A stretch of DNA of 64,000 nucleotides, taken from NCBI RefSeq assembly GCF_036365525.1, contig NC_090418.1:7613157-7677156 (forward strand), read 5' to 3'. Source of the stretch: Heterodontus francisci. Lineage: Eukaryota. Of the stretch, positions 11,213 to 23,505 are shown piece by piece (within the stretch, counting starts at the first letter, position 1; every line of letters starts with the position of its first letter). The notes beneath the pieces are model-generated. The model searched no databases and was not told the origin of the DNA. It was given only the letters and a program-made list of their open reading frames with translations. The position numbers and the translations under genes were made by a program.

Positions 11213-12265
11213 CATATCCCATAAACGGCAAATGGAAGCATAATTCATAACGTTATCTCAATGTTTATGTTCTCAATGTTGTTAATGCTGTGTTAATGTT
11301 CGGCAGCAACTGGGGAATGGTTTCAATGAGTTGGAAAGTCGAATCCAATGAAGCATCACAAAAGATGGCGGTAACATCACAGCCCAGAAATTTGAACTGT
11401 ATTCTGTTGAATCAAAGAGCCAGTACCGGCAAGATGGGCCAAATGGCCTTCTTCTGTGCTGTATGCCCTCGGGAATGTCCCATAACCTTCCACGGGAGGT
11501 CCACTAGCAGTAATGAATGCGCATACACAGGAGAGCAGGCCATGAGGGTATTGGGAATACAGTCGATGGACAAGTGACCACTGAGATGGGATGCCAGGAT
11601 CTAGAAGGGCAGAGACAAGTCTGAAGAGGGGATATTGGGGTGGTGGGAGCCTGGTGGCGGTGGGAGGTGGGGAGACAGTGCCGAGGTTTACTCGATTCTG
11701 TCAGTATTGGGGGGGAATGGGGGGAAACAAGGTCTATTGACTTTGGTGGGGGGGGAAGGAGACAGGAGAATGGGACTCGAAGTCTCATTGGGTGCTTTTG
11801 AAGCCATGTGTCAGGAACGCAGAAGAGTAAGATCTTGTCCATTATCCACGAACCTTTTAAATTTACCAAACAAACACTTATCTCGTAACACTGTTCCACC
11901 GAGTTCAGTTCTGGGATTGCCTCTGCTCACTGTGAGTGCCAACGATTTGGATAAAGGACGAGAGGAAATTACATCCAAGCTTACAGAGGGGAGTGAAATA
12001 GGATACAGAGTAAATCATTGTGGGTCAAAGGAAATTGTGAGGGATTACTGATAAAATTGTGGAATCAGGAATAAAGAGGCAGGGAGTGCACTTAACGCAA
12101 AGTGGTTCATTCTGGTTCAAGAACAGTAAAAAGATGTGCCAACAGCTGTGGGCGTGTCTCTTCCACATACCATTGGTAATCCAATTCAAATCAACCTGTG
12201 CATCAATCGCCGTCAGCTAGTTTCATTGGATCAGTATTCTGCAACACGGAGAAGGACTCGGGAAT

Positions 12266-13684
12266 ATGGGGCACTCGCTCTCAACTTCCAACAGGTAATT
12301 GTTTTATTGGGTACTACACACCAGGTACATCTACCTTATCGAGTTTATACAAACAATAAAAGTTTGTATGAGTTAAGTATTTACAAATGATCTAAATGAA
12401 GACATTGGGGAGACTGTATACAAATTTGCAGAGCTCATAGAGATCTATACTGGTGTCGGATTCCCTAAGGAGAAAAGGTTGGCACCTTCTCTAGACGTGA
12501 TCTATCCACTTTGACTCAGTGTGGTTGAAATATTAACAACAATAACTTGCATTTATATAGCACCTTTAATGTAATAAAATGCCCTCCAAGGTGCCTCACA
12601 GGATCATTAGAAAACTAAGTGTGACCCCGAGCCACAGAAGGAGATATCAGGCTGGACGACCAAAAGTTTGGTCAAAGAGATAGGTTTTAAAGAGTGGTTT
12701 TAAAGGAGGAAAGTGAGGTCATGGGATGGAGAGGTTTAGGGAGGGAATTCGGGAGCTTGGGGCCCAGGCAGCTGAAGGCCCGTCCGCCAATGGTGGAGTG
12801 ATGGAAATTGGGGGATGTGCAAGAGGGCGGAATTGGAGGAACGCAGAGATCTCGGAGGGTTGTGGGGCTGCAGGAGGTTCTAGAGACAGGGAGGGGGTGA
12901 GGGCCACGGAGAGATTTAAAAACATGGATGAGAATTTTAAAATTGATGGCAATCAAAGTAGGTCTGTGAGCACAGGGGTGATAGGTGAAGAGGACTTGAT
13001 GAGGGTCAGGACATGGGCAGCAGAGTTTTGGATGACCTGAAGTTTACAGAGAGTAGAACATGGGAGCCCAGCCAGGAGTGCGTTGGTCAAATCTTGAGGT
13101 AGCAGAGGTATGGATGAGGGTTTTAGCATTAAGTGAGCTGAGAGAGGGCAGAGGCAAGTGATGTTATGGAAGTGGAATTGGGTGGTCTTAGTGATGGCAC
13201 AGATGTGTGGTTGGAAACCCATCTCAAGGTCAAATGTGACACCGAGGTTACAAACAGTCTGGTTCAGCCTCAGACTGTTGCCAGGGAGAGGAATGGAATC
13301 AGTTGCTAGGGAACGGAGTTTGGAGCAGGGAATGGAAACAATGGCTTCGGTCGTCCCAATATTAAGTTGGAGGAGATTTCTGCTCAGCCAATGCTGGATG
13401 GCAACCATTAGTCTGACAATTTAGAGACAGGGAGGGGTTGAGAGAGATGATGGTGAATTGGAGCTGAGTGTTTCCAATGTACATATTGAAACTGATATTG
13501 TGTGTTCAGATTAATACATTGACGATTCATTTTATTTGCCTCCATGCTCTGCCCTTCCACACATCCCACATCCAGGCCTTCTGTATCCAGGGCACTGATA
13601 GTTTTTGGGATCCACACTTACCGGAGAACACCAGGTACACGACTGATGGATCGGCCGGGAGTGAGGATGTGCCATACCAGGGGG
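12266..13684 (+). CDS. Candidate 5' exons of the NAT16-like gene (12266-12294 and 13591-13684)
   Basis: ATG at 12266 with donor AG/GTAATT. The 94-nt segment has a CAG acceptor and GTAAGT donor. 29+94 nt joins in frame to 16439 (MGHSLSTSNRALIVF...CHTRG-HSDSRLDF), about 355 aa in total. No homology support for this N-terminus. Confidence 0.3.
12540..13460 (-). mobile_element. L2-type LINE 3' fragment
   Basis: [58 protein letters not shown]. Confidence 0.82.
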
Positions 13685-13719
13685 GTAAGTTATATCAAGC
13701 TCCTTTCATTATGCTGGCC

Positions 13720-14330
13720 GTGCAGAGGTCTCACCAACTCAGACCTTGGTCTCCACCCCATCCCCTCTGGCACCTTCTCCTCCTTTTACTCTTTCACTTT
13801 GTTCCACCCCTATCACCTCTTCTTTAAAATCCACGTCCTCCGCCATCCACCCAAACCTCACCCTGAGATCCCCTCACTCCGTCTCTCCCTCAGCCTCTGC
13901 ACTGGGTGACTCCTCATCCTCAGTGATTTCAAACTGCATCTCAACTGCCCGTACCCTCTCTCCTCTCATTTCACTCCCTCCCGATCCTCCCTTAACCTCT
14001 GCTTCCATATAAATTAATGACCCATCTCCATGGCCACCCCCTCGACCTTGCCGTCCCTCATAGCCTCTCGATTCTCTTCATCTCCATCACAGACAAAACC
14101 ATTTCTGATCACTTCCTCGTATCACTCACCACTTGCAATCTCCCAACTCCATTCCAACATCAGTCATCGCGATATCCACCCTGGATGAAACTCTCCCACA
14201 CTCCATTTACAGTGGCACTTTCAAACTCCATATTGTCTAGCCTTTGGCCATCCATTCACTCTAACACTTCTGCAGCTGCCGATCTGCTCAATCACTCTCT
14301 CATTTCCCTCTTTATCTGCAGCACAAACTC
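13720..14330 (+). mobile_element. L2-type LINE endonuclease-region fragment
   Basis: THLHGHPLDL..ISDHFLVS AP-endonuclease motifs in a C/T-rich decayed ORF. Confidence 0.65.
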
Positions 14331-15249
14331 CGTTCTCTTGCCACTAATTTAATCCCTCAACCCGGCCACTGGCTAAATAGTAAATAGCAAGTTTGTAAAT
14401 AGTACTTTACGAAAACTGGAGCTATTTGCAAAATGAATGGAGTGACCACTTTATGAAAGCTAACTTTTTAACAGATATTTGTTAACAGTTTCGGATCAAT
14501 TCTATGGGGAAACCATTTATGATTACTAAGATAACGCAGCAACGCATCTTTTTATGCACTTTCTTTCTTTTCAATGGGAAATGCCTGTAATGTGTATTTT
14601 AAAACACTTTTGAAATGTAAATGTGGTGGTAATTACTGAAATAAATATTTTTTCACAACAGAATGTTGTTGAAACAGTTTTCATGGTTCAAATAGCTAGC
14701 ACAAGCATGATGGGCTGAATGGTCTCCTTCTGTGCTGTACAGTTCTAAAGTTGAAGCTAACTGTTCACACCCTCCACATCCTATTTGACCCTGAGCTGAG
14801 CTGCTGACACCCCCATCCTTTCCATCCTAAAGACCACACACTTCCACCTCCATAACTTCACCTGTCTCTACACTTGGCCTCAGGGCCGATTATTCCAATG
14901 CTTTCCTGGTCGGCCTGCTACCTCCTGGGCTTCTGCTTAGCCAAACCTCTGTAACCGAACTCATTCCAAGTCCGAGTCACCCACCTTTGCTGACTGACTT
15001 TGGCTCCAACTCTTCCAGTTAAAATTCTGTTCAAGCTCATGCTGATTAATGGTCCTTTCTGCAAATTGTTGCTGTTCATGCTTGTGGCATCTCGCGGCCC
15101 AGGCATGAACTATGAAGCCTCCGTGAACTAGGTACTTTGTGCAAGTGTTCCACTCCAGAAACATGCAGCTCCTCACTCAAACCTTCACCCAGTTTCAGTA
15201 AGTGTCTCCTTATATATACTCAAGTAGGACCCTAATTACATAATAATAT

Positions 15250-16265
15250 AAGAACTAAGAGCAGGAGTAGGCAATTCAGCCCTTCGAGCCTGCTCCGCCA
15301 TTCAATACGATCATTCAATAAATCTGCTACCCCTTATCCTAATACTATGACCTCTTATTCTAGATTGCCCCACCAGAGGAAACATCCTCTCTATGTCTAC
15401 TTTGTCAATCCCCTTAATCATCTTATATACCTCAATTAGATCTCCTCTCATTCTTCTAAACTCTAGAGAGTAAAGACATAAACTGCTCAATCTCTCTTCA
15501 TAAGACAAACCCCTCATCTCTGGAATCAATCTAGTGAACCTCCTCTGAACTGCCTACAATGCAACTACATCCCTCCTCAAGTAAGGGGACCAAAAAAGTA
15601 CGCAATACTCCAGGTGCGGTCTCACTAATGCCTCGTACAGTTGCAGCAACACTTCCCTACTTTTGGACTCTATTCCTTTAGCAATAAATGCCAAAATTCC
15701 ATTTGCCTTCCTTATTACCTGCTGCACCTGCAAACTAGTTTCTGCGATTCATGCACGAGGACACCCAGATCCCTCTGCACCGAAGCACTCTGAAGTTTCT
15801 CTTCATTAAAATAATAATTTTCCTTTCTATTCTTCCGACCAATATGGATAACCTCACACTTATCCACGTTAAACTCCATCTGCCAAATTTTGGCCCATTC
15901 ACCTAACCTATCCATATCCATTTGTAAATTTCTTATTTCTTTATTGCAACTTACTATCCCACCTATTTTAGTGTCATCTGCAAATTTGGCGATAGTACCT
16001 TCTATCCAAAGACTTGCAGGTGATAGGTAAATTGGCTGTTGTAAATTGCCCCTAGTGTAGGGAGGTGATAGGGAATATGGGATTACTGTAGGATTAGAAT
16101 AAATGGGTGGTTGATGGTCAGCACAGACTCGGTGGGCCGAAGGGCCTGTTTCAGTGCTGTATCTCTAAATAAAAAAAAAAGATAAAAAATAAATCCCTGC
16201 ATCCAAGTCATTAATATGGATTGTAAATAGTTGGGGTCTGAGGACCTGTGGCACCCCACTAGTTA
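15250..16265 (-). mobile_element. CR1 LINE fragment interrupted by a 5'-truncated HE1-like SINE (about 16008-16192, plus strand)
   Basis: WAKIWQMEFNVDKCEVIH..RDLGVLV and [19 protein letters not shown]. The inserted piece matches the 3' half of the SINEs at 23905 and 26305 and ends in an A-rich tail. Confidence 0.82.
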
Positions 16266-16438
16266 CATCTTGCCAATTAATTAATTAAATACCACCCCGC
16301 ACTTGCATATGATTAAACACAAATAACAACAGGTCACCCCTGAGACCTGGGATAATCACATTCCGTCTGTAAATCAAAACCCAAACCTCATGACATATCC
16401 AGCTATGATATTAATCTTTGTGTTTTATTTGTGACAAG

Positions 16439-19400
16439 CACTCGGATTCAAGGTTGGACTTTTGCCTGGCTGCAGAAGAAGATTCTGAACAGGTTCTGTC
16501 CATTTATGTCAAAGAGACGGATTACATGGCAAGTACCTACCATGACTGGCTCCAAGAGAGAAACCGGATGGTCATTTTGGGAAAACAGAACGGCCGAATG
16601 GTGAGTTCCATTTATGTCGGACGCTGAATAACTTTTCGCAATGTGAAAATAATTCCATTAAAAATTAATTACGTTTTGTGTCAATCCAGCATTTTCACTG
16701 ATCCCCATTTAAAAGAATTGACACCCAAAATCAATGAAGCTGCAATCAAACTAGGATATCAGTAATAAACACATTAATCTGTGAGGGTGAAGTTGCTCTG
16801 TTATCCCATAGTACTATTTGGAAGAAGAGCAGGTGTCCTGGCCAATATTAATCCCTCAATCAACATCACTAAAAACAGGTTTTCTGGCCAGGAGACAGAG
16901 ACTGGGAATAAAGGGAAGGTATACCATTTGGCAGAGAGTAACTAGTGGTCTTCGCCAAGGCCTGTTCTGGGGCGTCAACTTTTCACCATATTTATTAATT
17001 AAATGACTTCGGTGAAGGAGTAGAGAGTTGTTTGATCAAGTTTGAAGATGACACCAAGTTAGGAGGGACAGTAATATTGCAGATGAGGGCTGGAAATGTC
17101 AAAGGATAGAGACAGTTTAACTGAGTGGACACAACGATGACAAATAAAGTTGAAGTGGGCATGTGCGAGGGCATCCACCTTGGACTCAAGAAAGGTAAAT
17201 CGGAGGGTTCTTTACACGGTGAGAAAGCAAGAACTGTAGAGGAGCAAAGAAATTTGGGAATCTAAGTGCATTAATCACTGAAAGCTTGGTGTTTCTTACA
17301 ACTGGTATTGCCGGTGGGCCCCACTAGATTGGCCTTTTTCTCTTCATTTCTAAGTCTTCAGAACTTTGGTGCTGCCATAAAAACATAATTGCTGAATGAG
17401 CCCAGCAGCACCGTATCCTCTATAAACTGGTCACTCTGACTGACTGCTAGGTGCCCACCAACCATAATCTATCAGACTGCAATGTTAGCATTCATTCTGA
17501 ACCTGGAGCCAGTTCAGACAAGAAACCTCCTTCCTGGCATTCGGAACACATGACTGTGAACATACCCCGCCACACAGATTATGAAGCGGACCTCTCTCTC
17601 CCTCTCCCATGTTTGAATATGGCGCAGTGGTAATGTCACTGGACTAGTAATCCAGCAGCTCAGGCTAATGTGCCTAGGACCATGGGTTCAAATCCCACCA
17701 CGGCATCTGTTGGAGCTTAAATTCAATTAATCAATATAATTCAATTAGTAAATAAAAATCTGGAATCGAAAGTGAGTTTCAGTAAAGGTGCCACAAAACT
17801 ATCATTGATCGTCATACAAACCCATCGGGTTCACGAATGCCCTTTGGGGAAGGAAATCTGCCATCCTTAACTGGTGTGGTCTACACATGACTCCAGACAC
17901 ACAGCAGTGTGGTTGACGCTTAAATGGCCCCGGAAGCCAATCGGTTCAAGACCAATTAGAGATGGGTAATAAATGCTGACCTTGCCAGCAACACCCACAA
18001 CCCATGAATAAAGAATAAAAACAAATGACAGGCAAGTTTTTTTGCACCTTCCCCCCTAATAATAGTGGCTCAGGAATCAGTATCTCTGCAAAGATGTGGT
18101 CACTCATGAACTTACATTTGCGTTGCTGCTTTCTATTAATTGAAGTGCGTCTTCCACCATATCCAACTCAACCAAATGAAAAGGTCTCACATTCTGACCA
18201 CAGTGACTTCTATAAAATTACACCCCTTTAACACTGTCTCCCTGCTCTGATGATGGAAGACCAGCACACACCTAAAATTGATTACAACAGTTCCATCACT
18301 CCCTATTGTGAATTTGGCATGGCTGGGACAAGAGAGCAATCTCTCTTCATTCACAGATGTAAACTGAGCATGTTTAAAACGCCTTTACTTCCAGGTAGCT
18401 ACGTTGTCTATTCATATTGTGGATGATGGACAGACAGCACTCATGGAAGGGATCAGAATAGTTACGTCAGAAAGAGGAAAAGGATTCCTAAAATCGCTGT
18501 ACCAATACGGCTGTGATTTGGTCGGACGGACGTACCCTGCGGTGACCAAGCAGACGTTTCTTGTAGATTCACCGTATTACAGGAAATTCCACATAATTAA
18601 CAAACAGGTACAAATAGTTTTATCTCTTCTGATGCCGTTAAACTCTACATATTCACATTAAATGGAACAAGGTGGTTGCATAAAGGATATATTGACCGTA
18701 ACTTGCCCAGATAGGTTTGAAAGGAAAATGGGCAGTTAAGACTGCAGGGAAACAACAGGAGGTGTTCAAATAGGGAGATGAATGGGTTTAGATGAGTCAC
18801 ATCCTCACAAGAAGTAAAAAGCTGGAGTTGCTTGGATGAACTGCGAAAATCAAAGTAAAATGAGCCTTAAAAGGGGGGGGGACACAACAAATTTGGATGG
18901 AAAACTAAAATCAAGCAGCATGTTGAAACTACAGCAGGGAGACAAAGAAAGATCAGGAAGGCTGAGGACATAACAGTTAATAAGGGGAAGAATAGGAGGC
19001 TTGTTGATAAGTGGTGGCTTAGAGTATCACATAGAATGTAACAGCAGGGATGGGGACGGACAGAAAACAATGAATAGTGGTTAAAGGATGTTTTTTCAGA
19101 CTGGAGGGGCGTAAACAGTGGTCACCCCCAGGGGATCAGTGTTGGGTCCATGGTTCACCTGTCCGTCTCTGATCAGGAATCAGCACGATATCAGCATTTT
19201 ATAATTGACACAAAGATAGAGATCCTGGTTAATCGTGACCTCATTGACATGGGTTAATGGATTGGGTAGGCAGGGGGCAGCTGCAGTTTAATACAGAGAA
19301 ATGCAAATATGATACAATTGGAGGCAGAATCAGGAGAGGACAGCACACTAAATGATAAAGATTTAAAAGGAGTAGACAAGCAGCGAGAATTTGGACGCAA

Positions 19401-22400
19401 AAATCTATCAAGCAGGAGGATAAATTGATAAAGCTGCAAGCAAAACGGGATCCTAGGTTTTATAACTAACAGAGTACAAAACCCAAGAGGAGATGCAAAG
19501 CCAGTACAAAGCATCAGTGAGGCCATTTAGAATATTTGTGCCCAGTTTTTTACATCCTATTTAAGTGAGGCTTTGAAGGGAGAGCAGGACACATTCATTA
19601 AGACAGCATCAGGGGTAAGACGCTTCGAATGACACCGAAGAGAGTTGAGTTCTTGGCCACCCTACTTCAAGAAAGATCAACTGTCCAGTAATGGGGTGCA
19701 ACACAGATACACAGAATTATACCGCCCGCATTTGATCCAATTTTGAGGTAGCCTGGTATTCCCCTCGAGTATAGAAGATCAAGGGATAATCTAATCGAGG
19801 TATTTAAGATAATTAAAGGATTTGATAGGGTGGATAAGGAGGAACTATTGACTCTGGTGGGGTAGGTCCAGATATTCGGCAAATAACATTGTCTTGTAAA
19901 GGGGCATAACCTTAAAATTAGAATTAAGCTGTTGAAGATAATGCAAAGTGTTTCTTAACACAAAGGGCACAGAAATCTGGAGCTCTCTCCCAAAAAGCTG
20001 TCTTTTTCAGGATGTGAGCTTCACTGGTAAGTCCGGTATTTATTGCCCATCCCTAATTGCCCTTGAGAAGGTGGTGGTGAGCCGTCTTCCTGAACCGCTG
20101 CAGTCCGTGTGGGGTAGGTACACCCACAGTGCTGTTAGGAAGGGAGTTCCAGGATTTTGACCCAGCGACAGTGAAGGAATGGCGATATAGTTCCAAGTCA
20201 GGATGGTGTGTGGTTTGGAGGGGAACTTGCAGGTGGTGGTGTTCCCATGCATCTGCTGCCCTTGTCTGTCTAGGTGGTAGAGGTCGTGGGTTTGAAAGAT
20301 GCTGTTGAAGGCGCCTTGACGAGTTGTTGCAGTGCATCTTGTAGACGGTACACACTGTTCCACTGTGTGCTTGGTGGAGCTGGGTCAATTGCTAAAGTTT
20401 TGTTAGGTGAGGATATTAAGGGATTATGGTACCAAGAGGAGTAAATGGAACTGAGATATAGATCAGTTGTGATCTAAATGAATGGTGGAATAGGCTTGAG
20501 GGGCTGAATGGCCCACTTCAGATCCTACGAAATATAAATTTCACCGGAAGGAGACAGTGGGACCAAGGCGGGAGCAATGTACTGTCAATTCAGTCCCATT
20601 ACTCCACAGGTCACAGCATATTATTAAAGTTTCCCACATACTGAAAATGAGGCCGAATTAAACACTTTATTAATCCCCAGAATAAAACACACCAAACCAG
20701 GGCTGGGATTTCACGTTGGGCAGACGGGAGCTGGCCACCAACTGAAAAGTCGGTGGCGAACCCGCTTCCGTCTCACCTGGGGATCCGACCCGTATTTTAC
20801 GGGTCTCCGGGTTTTGATTGTTCCGAGGTGGGACTTCCACCCGCTTGAGGGAGGAAGTCCTGCCTCATTGAGCTGCCGGCCAATCAGCAGGCCAGCAGCT
20901 CTTAGTCCCAGCAGCGCCACTGGGAGTGGTGGCCACTGCAGGAACTGCAGCCCCGCCGAAGACATGGAGCAGGGAAGACAGGTATGTTTTGGTTGCCTCA
21001 CCGAGGGTAATCGATCGGGCCCCGGCGAGGCAAGGGTGGTCGATTGGGGGGAAGGGGGGCATGTTGGGTGCTGGGGGTGGTTGGGGTAGCGGGGGCAGCC
21101 CTCCATCGGGCACCCGGTCTTCTTAGGCGGCTTTTCCCAGCTCCAGGAGGCCTGCTTGCTGCGCATAAAATACGCGTGGAGGCGGGTGAAGGCCCATAAG
21201 TGGCCATTAAGTGGCCACTTAAGGGCCTTGACTGGCCTGGGACGGGCGGGCTGTTTTTCACCCCCCACCCCCTGCCCTACATAAAGGGGGGGGGCGGAGG
21301 CGGGAGCAGGTCGGAAAAGCCTTCGGAGCCTTCCGCTCCATTTTACACCACCCCCAACCCCACGCCACTATCCGGTTCATTGGGGTGGCATAACATTCCA
21401 GCCCAGGTATCTTTAAACAACAACAAATTAACTATTTATTAATGAACTAAATCTTAAACAATACTGAGATAAATCTATGTCTGAAAAGACTTTATGGCTT
21501 CTTATTCCTCCTAATCCTCATGCACACACACATACATTCAAAAACCAATAGTTAACTGGTTCCAAGATGATGTTTTAAATTAGAGCTGTTTCTTCGGAAT
21601 AATAAAACAATTGATTTGTAAGTCTTGGCGGGTTTGGTGAGGTGTCCCAGAGTTGAATAGTCAGGTGCCACTCAAAGCCTCCAGGTGAGTTTGATGAACA
21701 GTCTGTAATGGATAAATGTTCACAGTACTTCAGCTGCAGTAGTCGTCACACAGAGCTTTCAATAAGGAGTTTAACAACAGATCTATTTAGATTTTTGAAT
21801 TAGCAGTCTATCAGTAGAAACTTTAGTGAGTTTCCAGAACTCCCAGAAACACGAAAGGCAACGGAAAATCACTCCTGAGGTAGAGACCTCTTAGAGACGG
21901 GAAGTAAAAAGGAATTTGCTACCTCCAATAATGCAAATATTTTTTTCCCGGGGTCTTTTCCTCTTTAGGCAAAACATAGCCTGTTGGCCGATGTAGATTT
22001 TCTGCTGAGAGAGACAAATCCTTCCTTCCTTCCTTCCTTCAAGGAGCACGCTTCACTGGTCTGCCAGTTCAAACTGGTTCTAGCCAGTCTTTACACACTC
22101 AAACTGATACAATACAGCATGTGACCTCGCTCTCTCTTGCTGTTGTTTAGGAAACAGGCTTGCAGCTCACATACTGTTCCCAGAGAATATAAAAACTACT
22201 CTCAGTCTTAAAGGCACACAGTCACCCCTTAGTTTTTAAACAGAGAAAAAATAAACACTTCCATGACAATATCTTTCCCATAAACACTTTAACTGGTGAA
22301 GAACAATATTTCATCTTCATTTCACATGTCACCATTAACCATTTCCCTGATATCTTTTGTTTCCAGTCCTTGATTTCTCTTCAATTTCCATCAATAAATG

Positions 22401-22936
22401 CCCCCACTTTGGTGAGCGAGGTGATCAGCAACATGAAGAAAAGTGGGGCTAAACATTGGGAACCGAGTTCCCTGAAACCGGACGACGTGAGGTCGGTATT
22501 CCTGAACAGAACCGTGATTGACACAGTGCTGCCGGGCAGGAGAATCATTCAGAGGGGATCCGTATTCAAACCACTGGAGAGCAACCTGGATATTTTACTG
22601 AAGCGGGATATCAGCTGGATAGCAGATAGAAAGGAGAACACACGTGCTGTGAGTTTGGGCACAGCTCCCTACAGAGATCCAATGGGAAACTATGTTTACA
22701 GAATAGACATATTTGGGAAAGATTTATCAGCTGTGAAAAGTGTCTTCCTCTCTCAGCTGCAAAACCTGCCTCTTTTACAAGGCAACGTCATCTGCCTACT
22801 GTCTGTAAATCCATCGCTGTCCCCCCAGATGTGGGAATTCTGTACCAAAGAAGTGGGGCTTAAGAAAGGGAAACAATATTGGAAAGATGAGTTTATAATA
22901 GAGGGGGATCTGATCCAAAACCTCTTTAGAGGGTAA
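16439..22936 (+). CDS. NAT16: NAT16/histidine N-acetyltransferase-like GNAT protein (divergent). Core exons 16439-16600, 18395-18607, 22367-22936; start exon unresolved
   Basis: Phase-0 GT-AG exons give 314 codons: LDFCLAAEED..DYMASTYHDWLQERNRMVILGKQNGRM-VATLSIHIVDDGQTALMEGIRIVTSERGKG..IINKQ-SLISLQF..VLPGRRIIQ..PLESNLDILL..IDIFGKD..FCTKEVGL..IIEGDL. This is collinear with recalled NAT16/HISAT motifs (LDF, YHSWL, VIDAGET, ERGKG, ESNL, IDAFG). No in-frame ATG lies directly upstream (TAA at 16412). May be a paralog rather than the 1:1 ortholog. Confidence 0.85.
17620..18022 (+). mobile_element. tRNA-derived SINE; further copies at about 32700-33005 (-), 36020-36300 (-), 51380-51740 (-) and 60650-61080 (+)
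   Basis: A-box-like TGGCGCAGTGG, B-box-like GGTTCAAATCCC, body shared with the other copies, LINE-derived tail. Confidence 0.75.
20005..20385 (-). mobile_element. LINE 3' fragment nested in an older CR1 copy (about 19050-20530); same family at about 45240-45920 (-), 51960-52520 (+) and 62200-62395 (-)
   Basis: Shared [18 protein letters not shown] terminus and tail; the CR1 sequence resumes on both sides. Confidence 0.72.
20557..22268. mobile_element. Probable solo LTR (about 1 kb) split by a MITE, in the last NAT16-like intron
   Basis: Ends in ...CCATGACA. The flanks (TCAC.GGAAGG..AGTG and TATCTTT..TAAACACTTT) are nearly contiguous in the pseudogene copy at about 30825-30870, an empty site. 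Confidence 0.55.
20701..21403. mobile_element. Non-autonomous DNA transposon (MITE), PIF/Harbinger-like
   Basis: TIRs GGCTGGGATTTCA / TAACATTCCAGCC, 3-bp TSD CAG (20698-20700 and 21404-21406), GC-rich interior. Confidence 0.72.
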
Positions 22937-23072
22937 CCAGAATAGCTCGCGAGTCACTCATCCTGAATCTGCAATACAATGCATTCTGCTCAAGAGTTCT
23001 TGCACCTTTCTGCAATTTGCCTGCAAATTTGCCCCACTATCCCCTTCCTGCTATTTGGTGGCCGGTAGTCTA

Positions 23073-23505
23073 CAAAAGCGAAATGCTGCAGATGCTGGAA
23101 ATCCGAAATAAAATCAGGAAATGCTGGAAATGCCCAGCAGGTCAGGCAGCATCTGTGGCGAGAGAAACAGAGTTCACATTTCGGGCCGATGACCTCTCGT
23201 CAGAAAAGGTTTGAGCTGCGACAGGTTTTAAGCAAGTACAGAGGCAAAGAGAGAGAGTGGGGGAAGGGAGGAAAGAACAAACAGCGAGGTCTGTGATAGG
23301 GTGGAGGGAAGGACGGATTGAATGACAGAAGGAATGATGGTGCAAGGCGAAAAGAGATGGTAACGGGACAAGGAAAGAAACAAAAGATGGGTCTAGAGGA
23401 GGTGTAAATGGGAATAGCAGAATCAATTCCAACAACTGCTGTCCTAATAAATGGAGGCGGTGGTTATGATAAATTTTTGAACTCAGTGCTCAGTCTGGAA
23501 GGGTG
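23073..23505 (-). mobile_element. Penelope-like terminal-repeat fragment with a degenerate hammerhead; related copies at about 28015-28160 (-), 52915-53035 (-) and 59860-60130 (+)
   Basis: Shared AAATACTGCAGATGCTGGAAAT..CAGCATCTGTGG block; minus-strand CTGA(C/T)GA..GGTC..G(A/G)CC.GAAA motif. Confidence 0.6.
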
